From assembly GCF_902652985.1 (NCBI RefSeq), contig NC_047033.1:13578001-13642000 (forward strand): DNA of 64,000 bases, read 5' to 3'. How positions within the stretch are numbered: position 1 is the stretch's first letter; each line of letters opens with the position of its first letter. Below are positions 39,701 through 51,700 of the stretch, one piece after another. A model generated the notes under the pieces. That model did not search any database, was not told the DNA's origin, and saw only the letters and a program-made list of their open reading frames with translations. Origin of the DNA: Pecten maximus (Eukaryota). A program made the translations under genes and the position numbers.

Positions 39701-42700
39701 CTAACTACAGCCTATCCGGCGATCTACCACGACCAATCGTATTGAAACGGTATATATATAACTGTGATACTAGTTCTACTTTTGATTTATTGCAGCTGAC
39801 GATGCAGAGCTCATCATACAACTTTACATTTGAATGCAACTGCAAGTTGGTTACAGAAGATAACAAAACATCAATATTTCCAACAGGTATTTCATCAGAA
39901 CAGTATTGTAGGAACTTTTTTTAAGATATGCTTTAACATTTTTCTTCAAATGATTTTGAAATCCAGAGAAGATATAACAGAACATTTGTAGCAACTTGTT
40001 ATGATAATCCTGTTATTGCAAATAGTTAATGGTTTTGACAATCGGTAATCAATCTAATCATTTTTTTATAAACTATTTATCATAAAATCGGCTTGTTATC
40101 CACCTTCTTTCGCTCACGTAATATTGTAGCATACTTTTTATGTCACTAGTGCAATATATTCTGGAGCATTTTTCAGTACATGCGTAAGTCATAAAACGAT
40201 TGTGATGCCATAATATCTACGACATAAATTAACTAAAAGTGACGCAATAATACACAATTACTGCATCCGTTAGATCCTTTTGCACATTTTAACATTAAAA
40301 TTTGTCAAAAATCAAAGTTTTCTTAGTAATTCGAAAAAAATGATCTGAATTTATTTTAATTCCACATTCACAAAAAAAAACATTCATTAATTCTCACATG
40401 AATTGAAAACTCGTTTAAGATTTGATGGTTTAACAAATGTATTTACGTTATAGCCCAGTGATACTATGATCATGTTACTTTGTTTCGGGGAAACCAGCAG
40501 CGTTTCACAGGCTGGTTTTGTGGCGGAGTTTTTGACAACCCCCACACAGGCTTTTGTGGTGATTTACTACCATTGTCATGTTGAGATGTTTATTTTCAGA
40601 CGTTTTTTTAATGATTGTGTTATGCTATGTTAATTTTGTATTGTTAAATTGTAATATGTTTAGAATTTATATAAAATGTCACCATATGCCATGTATGGTG
40701 GCCATTTTCAATCTATACATTCTTTGTGTTGTTCGTGACAGGACCGAAGATGCATAAAGGGCAGCTAAGCACTTAGCTTAATTTATGCATCGGAAGGCCT
40801 GCACATTTCCTTATTTTCGTTTAATTTTTGCTAAAAATCATACACGAGTTATTTCCCTTTAATTACATTATATATCCATACATACTTATCTGCCCCTTTT
40901 GAACAGCAAATAATTATGGTAGCAGCTTTCCGATGCGCGCCATTAAGAACTGTAAACAGAGTTTTGAAATTGGAAGTTTTCAACTATTTTCAGAAGTTTT
41001 AAAGGTCTTCTCACTTAACCCACCCACTTCCTCCCCTGATTCTTGTATTTTCTTATTTTATGTTTACTATATTGGATGATGTTTCACATGCCTGTTTGAA
41101 GGCGGAGTTTGGCAACCCCCACACAATGATTGTGTTATGCTATGTTAATTTTATATTGTTAAAATGTAATATGTTTAGAATTTATATTAAATGTCACCAT
41201 ATGCCATGTATGGTGGCCATTTTCAATCTATACATTCATTTTGTTGTCTGTGACAGGACCGAAGATGCATAAATGTATTTACGTTATAGCCCAGTGATAC
41301 TGTGATAATGTTACTTTGTTTCAGAGGATATGTGGGCCATGGAAACAACCACATCCGGCTGGTACAATGCTCCTTCATACGATCGCTTTGCCATTATCAT
41401 CTGGGACAGGTCTGGAGTAAGTCAGACAGAAGAGTTTTATGTTGGTTTACGCAGGAATGAAGTAAAGCTAACACACTTGGTTTTACATCTGGACGATCCT
41501 TTAAGTACCAAATGTGGAATTTGTATAAAAGAGATACTTGGGAGTGTACCAAGGTAAGTCAGTGGGCACGAATGACATAGCTTTACGCGCGTTTTATTTG
41601 GTTTATTTTGTTTAACGTCCTATTTACGGACAGGGTCATTTAATGACGGTAGGTCCTACAATGAATGAACGCGCAATTCGGTAGAACCTGCAATGAAGGC
41701 TGTACGGACTCGTCTTGCTCAATCATGTGACTCTATTCGGCTTTCTCAGTGTTGCATTGTTTACCAACATCGACCCAGGTAAACAATGTTTTATAACCGG
41801 TTTATAAGCCGTTTATACAAAATAGGCTCGTGTAACGTTATATCACAAACCAGTTTCACTTTTTAGCAGAAAAAAATCGCCGTTTAATTCACAGTTATAC
41901 ATGTAGTCGCAGTAATGAGTACATAATCCGCTAATATTAAATTTTCATTTATATTCGTTTTAATGAGTATGATATCGACAGTTATATTCCATTTAATAAG
42001 TATGATATCTACAGTTATAGTCGCTTTAATGAGTATGAGATATACAGTTATATTCCCTTTAATGAGTATAAAATCTACAGTTATAGTCGTTTTAAAGAGG
42101 CTTACCCGCAGACGGACCGGTAAACGGCACATCTCCGATCACTATATAAACTTCAGTACACGTTTCTATGTGACAAAATTAGAGGCTTTCCGACTTTATT
42201 TCTTGAAAACAATTACAGAATATGTATTTAAAAAACGTTTTAAAACTCAACCTGAGAGGGAAATGTATGGAATATAACAGCAAATCTTCTTTGTAAATCG
42301 CCGCTGCCTTTGAATTTATCACTGTGCGGCACTGTGCACATGCTTGTTTCTTTGATGTGTCAATCAAATTAGACTCCACTTTATAGCGGGGACTTATTGC
42401 GGGTTGCGATTAAATAAATAATATTTAAAAAAATGAGGTTTTAATATCACTTTTCAGCGTTTTATAAGGAAAATAAAATGAAAAACTCAACAATTCCAAC
42501 AATCTGTCATGTGTAAAAAATCTTTTTCTATTAGCCAATTTTTCTGATCTCTCTGCGGGCAAGCCTCTTTAATGAATATAGCAACATTTCAAAGATATGG
42601 CGGAACTTCTTTGCAACCCCGGCCCTCAATAACATGATGTCATCAGTCACTTGAGTTTTTAATATGTCTTCAGTTGTTGTACCGGTGATATAACCTCGTT

Positions 42701-45700
42701 AGAGAGCCTTCCTGATAAAATTAGGATACGTGTCGTGAGATAGTAATGCATGTCAAAAAGGTAACTCCGAATATGATAGTAATGCATGTCAAAAAGGTAA
42801 CTTCTGATAAGATAGTAATGAATGTCAAAAATGTAACTCCGGATAAGAAAGTAAAATGTCAAAAATGTAACTCCGGATAAGAAAGTAAAATGTCAAAAAT
42901 GTAACTCCGGATAAGAAAGTAAAATGTCAAAAATGTAACTCCGGATAAGAAAGTAAAATGTCAAAAATGTAACTCCGGATAAGAAAGTAAAATGTCAAAA
43001 AATGTAACTCCGGATAAGAAAGTAAAATGTCAAAAATGTAACTCCGGATAAGAAAGTAAAATGTCAAAAATGTAACTCCGGATAAGAAAGTAAAATGTCA
43101 AAAATGTAACTCCGGATAAGAAAGTAAAATGTCAAAAATGTAATTCCGGATAAGAAAGTAAAATGTCAAAAATGTAACTCCGGATAAGAAAGTAAAATGT
43201 CAAAAATGTAACTCCGGATAAGAAAGTAAAATGTCAAAAAGGTAACTCCGGATAAGAAAGTAAAATGTCAAAAAGGTAACTCCGGATAAGAAAGTAAAAT
43301 GTCAAAAATGTAACTCCGGATAAGAAGGAAATATCCAAACCTAGGTCTAGATGTGCCCAGAATTATGTCAACGTTTCATCATATGTATTTTTCATTTCAG
43401 ATAGTTTTCATTCATAAGCTCACCTGTAACACCTTCATCTTTACCTGTGGGCGAATAATGCACTACCCCATGACACGTAATATTAGAAGTACAGGTAAGT
43501 GCATGGTTCATCAAGTTGTCAATTAAAAGAAAAGATCTTGTTTGTTGGGTTCTGATTAAATAACTTATGAAAATGTTTGTATCACTGACTCATTACACTA
43601 ATTGGATACTTCGCAATCCTATATATATATATAGGGTCTAGTAAATAATAACGACGGTATAAACCAATATAGGTACTGGATCCTAACAAACAAATATTGG
43701 ATGCGTATTACTAGAAATAGATATATGTCAAGTAGCAATAGGAACAGTTACACAAATATAGTAGGCATTCTTACGGAAGCGTATAGGTACGGAAGCGTAT
43801 AGGGGACACGACATACTTATTTATAATACATTATGTATAGTTATCATATCCCGTTTTACACACATATTTACTGTTATCTTGAGATAGATATGTCGACATA
43901 ACATACTTTATCTTCACATTTTACAGTTAAATAATCCAACTTATACATATAAAAGCATCTATCTAGAGTAAACATACATCGATATACATAATGTCAGTAT
44001 AAGTCCTTATAACACTATCTCGACTTGTTGCATTATATCTAATATGTTAATTTTACCGAAATCGACCTGTATATATATTTACCCTGAAGTTGAATCTTTT
44101 TATCGAGTTTTCGTGACATATTTAGTTTTATCAAGATGTGTAATATCGAGAAATCGTTTTGCAATATGGCTATTCGAGTAACGTGGAATCGTTTTTACAA
44201 CAACTATATCAACAATTCGAGTTTGACATTTCGAGAAATTCTACAACATCATGACAAGTTGAGTTGACGTAAGTCAAATTCATTAAACAGACACAACAAT
44301 TTGACATAAAAAAATGCGGGAATAATATATGTACGGTAATGTATGTCGAGAAGATTACCTGGCGTTCTTTATATACATTTGTAGCTAGGTTTAGACGGCG
44401 ATTTGGAAAATTTCTGGTATATTAGCCAATCGGAGCCAAGTATTGGTCCAAACATAATCTTATAGAAAGTGATCTTCATGACGAAGATTAGTCTTAACCA
44501 TGAGGAAACTTCTTCATACAAAGGTGCCGTTCTCGATTGTGATTGGCTGATGTAAAAGCCCAATCACAGTCGAGTAGACGCTCAGATTTCTTCCACGGGG
44601 ACATAATTTCCCAGCTTACGATCCATACATGCGTGTTAAAACAATATTGTAGGCTAAGAAATCGCGCCAAGTCCCTGGGATTTCTTTCGTATGAAAAGGG
44701 TTTCCACATTTAAAACAAATCTTAATCATGACGATAAAAATACACAAAAACTTTTTTTCACACAGGTCAACTTTATTTTACAAATACATACACTTAAATT
44801 TCAATCTTAACCTTTTTGCCGTTATTTACGACGATGACCATACCGACACTGTCCGGAACATGAATGGTTAAAGAGTCGTTCGAGTTCACTAGCACTGCAT
44901 TTTCAAACATATTTTCCTTAGATCCGTCGTCCGGGTTCTTTATCGCTGAGGAGTAACTAGGGGTAGCACCTGTACTTGAACTTGATTGTAAAGCAACAGA
45001 GTTTTCAATATTCTCGTTTTCTGTGTTTCTAACAGGGGGATTCAGAGAGTTACTGATATCCTTGAGCATATGCGTGAGTTCGCGCTTGTATAGATTTACA
45101 GCAGAGATGCGGTGCCAGGATCTTGAAGTTACAGCTTTATCATCAAACCCCTGGTTATAGAGTGTAGTACAACATGTGACACGTCCTCTATGATTGGAAA
45201 TATATCTACCACTTGTATCAATACCGGCCTCATTGTAGAATTTTTTCATCCTATTTCTCATGTCTTTCTCGGGAATATCTGCGGCACCAAATCGAGGATA
45301 TTTGTATTTGTCAGACAATGGTAATGGTTTCTTGTAAAAGTTTCCTTTTCCCAGGAATAAGGGACAGGTATAATGAGTACAATTTTATCAAACACCTAGG
45401 ATTTTCTGGACTAGCAAAATGTTTTACCTTTTTTGGTGCTACTTTTCGGTGGTTCAGTCCCCCTTGAGTATTTTTGGTTACTCTGGATTCGTAAAGAATG
45501 TATTCCTGTCCGTTTTCACGATCCGTTTCAATTTTGAACTGTTCCGCTTCCAAGTTTTTGTGCTCCTCCATGCCTCTAATTCCGAATGCCTTGCAGTTGT
45601 AAAAAAAAATACTGCATTTGATAAACCTTCCGCCGTATTGAAATTAAACACTCCTGATTCCCAGAATGTATTCTCCTCTCCAGGTAACACAGAATCCTTT

Positions 45701-48700
45701 GTTTTAACGTGTACACCAATTCCAAGAGAAGTAAGCTCTTTCATACGGGAATCCAGTGATTTTCTGAAGTTATCAAATGTAGCACTGTTACGCTGAAACA
45801 AACGTATTTCCTGACGATTCAATTCGTCGCGCAAATGTCTCTAAATTCCAGATCCAATCTGAGCTAGAGTGTTGGGAGGGTACGGCGTTCCGTCTTTCCT
45901 CATAATTTCGATAATAATCTGGACAGCCAGAAATCTAATGCTTTTGTATCGGTCATACTCAAATCCAAGGGAAGTGCGTACTGTTCATTATATGTTTCCG
46001 GCAACGTTTTCCGGTGAACCACCAAGTCGTTCCATATCGAAACACACCATTTAGTATTTGATCTTGTTTTCTTTCGAATCCTGTCAATGTGTTTTTTAGC
46101 CACATCCTCCGACGATAACGCGGGCCTAAAGCTTTCGGAATTCCTCGATACTTGAGCATCATCAGTTCTAAATGCCGATAAATTCAGTGTTGGAATAAAA
46201 GTTTCTAATTGTGTCAAACTGACAGACGCCCAGCTTCGCCCCTCTCAAAATCATGAAGATTTTTCTTAATATCATCTAACCTTTACTACCGTAGTAGTTT
46301 CCAAACCAGATAGTCGGAGGATAAGTCAGGGAATTTCTGATGCAAGAACGCTTTACAAAAGAGTATTGGAGGTGTATGATCCTGGCAGTGAGATGGCTAT
46401 AGTTTGGGCCGGTAAAATTGAAAGGCTAAAGCCAGTAAGAGGCTAAATGTCTGCATATTAGAATCCCGAGAAACGCCCAGTAATTTTATCTATTCGACGA
46501 GAACTTGAGTACAGATTGAATCGAAGTAATAACATTGCTTCCATAAAACCATCATGTGTGATACTTTCAACAAAACAATTACTGTACGGGGTATAGTATG
46601 GGCTACATTTTAAGCTGTACAGTGTACATTCTACAAACGGCAATTCAAAAACAAAAGGTTTTTTTTTAATTTTACTAGTAGACTACATATATCTTCAGCG
46701 CAGTGTTGCTAAACATGCTCAAATGGGGGAAATGTGCCAGGTATGGGGATGCATAAACAAGGGCAGATAACCATATAAATTCACTTATGAATCATATTGA
46801 AAGGTTCTACCGAGTTTACCGTCATATAAATCTTGTTCATGCCCAAGTTAATGTCCTAGACATGTATAAATCATGGGGATCTTATGAGCATACTTAAAAT
46901 CTTATCCCTTCAAATAACGAAATGGTATAGAAAATTTCCAAATAAGTCGAAGAGCCCAGCAATACAACATATCAATTTAATTACAGTGAAACATCGGTAT
47001 TCAAACCTCATTAGAGACTTGACAGAATTGGTAATAGTGAGTGTGACCATGCGGACAGGTCTTTCCAGTTGCTATTTTTCAGTATATTTTCATAAGTATT
47101 TAATTAGCAAGTGGGCTTCATTATATTAAACACTAGTTGCTTAAGCATTGAACTGCATTCAGTTGCCATTAATGGGTATATGAATGCCAACTAGACAAAG
47201 GCAAATCCAACGAATCAAGAACAATGCTTATATTTACAATTTTTGCAATATGTTCATCTCATAAAAAATCACTGCATCATTTGTGATTGTGCAGTTGGAA
47301 CAGCCATCGTCCATCAGGGTATGTGGTCCCCAACGTTACAATTATAACGTCGTTATAATGATGATGTCAACTATAGGTCCATGGTAGCTATTGAGTTTGG
47401 AAATGATATTTCAGTCTATGATGAGGTCAATATAGTGTTATACCGACCTAGTAGAGTGAAATATTAGCCGAGAGCGAAGCCCGAAGTCAATATTTTAGAT
47501 ATCAAAATATCGACATCTACATGACTAGGATTTAGCCAATGAGAATTGAGGAAAATCGGAGCATATCTATATTCTATGAATTTAGGTTTATGTTTTACAT
47601 CCGGCGGACCCGTATATTAGTGCAAAAGCCTTCCTGCGATAGTGTTTTAGTGAGGTATTCTATATCTTTAATGATATATTGAAAAAATATGTATGATCTA
47701 ATCATATCATTGTTTTTGAACATTAACCATCTTGAGCAGTTTATTACCCTGTGCATGGGCTCTGCTTCAAAAGCACATAAGCATATCGGCTATAAGATAT
47801 TGTCATGTATTTAGGGGTCATTTAACTGTGTATTCTGTATATAATTTGTTATGCATTTTATTAGCCTTTGCTCGTGGACAGAGTTAAAGAAGTATTTGGG
47901 CAGCTAAGTAGCCATAGATAATTGTTTTGGTTCGGAAGCTGTAGATTAGAGTGACCGTGTGAAATCTTGTGTGGAGAAGTCTAGTCTGTGACATCACTTG
48001 TTAGGGAGGCCGAATGAGCTGACCTGTAGGTCAATCTAAAGTTATCCTTATCAGCAGCCTCGATTTAGGTACCAGTATTCTGACAAAGGGGAGCACATTT
48101 AGAATAGGGATTTCGGAAAGAGCGGTCAGTTGTTAGTTAGTCGGTAGCCAGCGGTCAGTAGTGAGCAGTACGTAGGACTAGTGAGTTGGAGATCAGACAG
48201 TAAAGAGGTCTGGAGGTTAGGGTTTTATAGTAGAGAATAGAAGTGAGCAGATTCGAGGAGATCTGAGAGTTGAGAATATATTCCAGAGATCGGATAGTTA
48301 TAGTAGTCTTAAGAGTAGTTTGTGGTAGATAGTGTGAATAATAGTGTGTAGTTTTAGTAGTTGGAGTTAACAACTGAGTAGATGTACAGGTAGTAATAGA
48401 GAACGATTGGAGACTAGTGTGGAGTGCCTTGATATTGACTGATGAATTTATTATATGATTTATGATGTAAATAAAGTGTAAATATAATCTTAGATAACTT
48501 TTGTTCAATTAATTTTGAACTGGTGGCAGCGGTAAAGACAAACGGCGAGATACAGAAACGTAATACTGGTACCAGTGGACGAATTGTTAGAGTTTACAAA
48601 ACTTGCAACACTGGTGGTCGCGGTGGAATTTAGAGTTGACAAAACATGTAACAATATGTACAATGCAACAATGATGAATTTTTAGAAAATGTAATGATTT

Positions 48701-51700
48701 CATCAGTGTGATTTTTGGACAAAGTGTGTGTGTTTTATTGTCGTTATAATATGATAATTATGATAAAGTGTCCGGTTTTCTTAAAATTCATTTTTCTCAG
48801 TGATTATTTAAAGGATAATTTAGGTCGATAAGCCAAATATCTTGCTCACATGCGATGTCAGATCAGTTAATAGCGGCGACGAACATTGATGTACAATGTT
48901 ATTGAAATGTTCATTTCTATATTATTAACCAAAGGTGAAATTAGGCAGTACATTTGTACCTACTGTTAAGATTTTTTAAATTAGGCGTTAACAAAGATAT
49001 TTTCAGCAGAATGGTCAAAGCACAATGTTAAAAACAACACCGCATTTGAAATAGAGTTTATTTTGTTTCATTTTAATGCAATACACACAATGTATACAAG
49101 TAATCACTTTGTAGTACTAAATAGTATCGCGACATTGTATTTATTCATGTACTAGTATGTATAAATAGGCACTCGTTACCACAGTTTCATTATTCTGGAC
49201 TTTGGGAGACAACATTACTTCAAAACGTCTAGTTAAGCTGTAAACATTCTTATTGCTTCATTGGCCGTCCTTGGTTGCACAAGCTCGTCGCGATTTGTAT
49301 CTGAAAGTAATTCCACAATTTGCAGAAAATTGTCATTGCAGTCAAACTTTGGAAATGGGACGGTATAGATATCAGCAACACGTTCCACGTCTTGTTGTTC
49401 AAAGGGAACAGGGAGAGAATAGTAAATTGTACCAAATAATTCTGGTTGGAAATAGGGTACATTTGGTATTCCACAGTAACAGTCACTTAAATGCTGTTGT
49501 CGTATGCGGTGCCTGTTCCACATGTATCTAAACTCATCAAGCTGTCTCTGTATCGCGCCAATAAAACAGAATATTACGCACTCAATATGAATAGGATATG
49601 TATCTTGCAGTATCCCAGAATCACCCAGGCCTTTGAAAAGTGACTTCCAAAACTGTATTACATGTCTGTTAAGGAAACCCCAAAACATTTCGATCCTTTG
49701 ATTGGCTGTGGAACGTCCTTTCAGAAATACGGGCTGGCCTGCTACTGCATCCGGATGACGTGATCGCAGAGTTTTATGCAAGTCTTCGATTATTACATTT
49801 TCTGTACCGTTATCAGAACGAATACATCTAGGAACAGTCATGGTTCGTAAAACCTCATCTATATAAAACCGTGCAACATATCGTGGGTTGTTGTTGGTGA
49901 ATCAAGCTTTCAACCAAACAATTCGTCGCGAAAATCCGTCGATTGAACCATGTATCGCAATACCGTAAGGTTTAAGCATATCGAATCCATCCATGTGCAT
50001 CAGGAAATTCGATCCCTTATTGTAGTATAACCGTCTCCGTAGTCTGTGACTTCTGCGATTATTTACGCCTTCATTGTCAATTAGTCGTAGTGCTGTCGAG
50101 TCATTAACTGTGTAACACGCAATCCACACCTAGTATTCAGCAGTTTCCATACCGTTCTGTACCCGACGTCAATTAGACCTGCATCCCGGAGTCTTCGGAT
50201 TCCCCGTTTGACATCTCGAGCCGGAGCTCCTGCGTTAGAACGACGCAGTCGTTGTCTACGAAGTATTCTTTTCAGCTGCCGTAAATTCAAAACAACATCA
50301 TGATGGATCAAAAGAAATCCAAGGATTTCATAATACGTATAACCATCATTGAAGTAAAACGTGACCATTTCGTCCAGATTTGAATCATCATTTATGAATA
50401 TGTCAGGGTCATCTGCGCCGTCTACTGCCACCACAAGGAAGATTGACAACACCAGTACAATCTGTAAAATACAAAATGACCACAATACTATCTCAAATAA
50501 CAATTGGTGTAAACATGTTTCGCAATGGATCTTCTTGAAAACTTCAACATCTCGGTAAAAGACACTTATTGTTCTTATTATTTATAATAACATTCCAGTA
50601 AGTTTTCTTTATTTAGAATAATTAAAATTGATACCAATGTCTATGCATTGGATATGCATTACGGAAAATAATTCATTAGCAGTTCTCGATTATACAAATA
50701 AATTTAATGCAATTGAAGGAAATTTCGCCCCCTGTTATTTTCGCTCTCGGCCATTAAAATCCTTTTTAACTGAGAGGCCAAACCGGTATAAAGTACTGAT
50801 TCAGCAACTCTATTGTTTAGTCTCAATTTGGTCCTCTAACTTCCAAGATTTTTCAGAGGTTATCCAAGGCAGAATCATGTGCCGTGATAATTTAAAAAAT
50901 ATAATAATTATTGCTTATTATATTTACCTGCTTCAGTGGCAGCATATTCCAAAATTATTGTTGTACGTCCACACTCAATAGTAGCAGCTCTCCCTTCTTC
51001 AAACGCTATGCAAATGCCCTTGTATCTTATTAATTTTATTGTTCTTTTGTAGAGGAAAACATCAACAGTACTAAATCGAAATACATCAGTATGAGCTATT
51101 GTATAACCAGACAAATCGTTTTACTACAATTAAGCAATTAAGATTTAACTTGCCAAGTCGAGAAGTTTACCTAAATGTAGCCGAGTATAAGTTAATATCT
51201 CAACAACACCTACGTCGAACATGAACTTTCAAACTTAAAATTCGAGATAATATAAATCGTGTTCAAATGTTATACCTTATTCTTACCGGTTTTTTTCTTG
51301 GGATGGCAAGATATATTTCGTAAACACGAGTTATAGTATTTTGAGATATGAAAAAAAAAATATAAAAACCACAAACATTAAGTTAAAATGTGAAAGTACA
51401 AGGCTCTAAAGACAACAAATTAGATATTGAAATAACTAAGTATATGGATAATTCAAGATAGTGTTATAAGGACTTATAATGACATTATGTATATCGACAT
51501 ATGTTTACTCTAGATAGATGATTTTATATGTATAAGTTGGATTATTTAACTGTAAAATGTGAAGATAAAGTCTGTTATGTCGACATATCTATCTCAAGAT
51601 AACAGTAAATATGTGTGTAAAACGGGATATGATAACTATACATAATGTATTATAAATAAGTATGTCGTGTCCCCTATACGCTTCCGTATATAGGGGACAC

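Larger units (their letters stand above)
43788..51688 (-). mobile_element. IS3EU-like copy 1 (7.9 kb)
   Basis: ~236-bp TIRs (43788-44023 and 51453-51688), its own 6-bp TSD TATAGG (43782-87 and 51689-94) and a DDE integrase-type gene. Confidence 0.88.

Noticed and set aside
41750-41778. 29-nt candidate exon (CTCAG...CAG|GTAAAC)
   Set aside because: It ends in phase 1, so alone it cannot bridge phase 2 to phase 0, and joined to 42674 it hits a stop.
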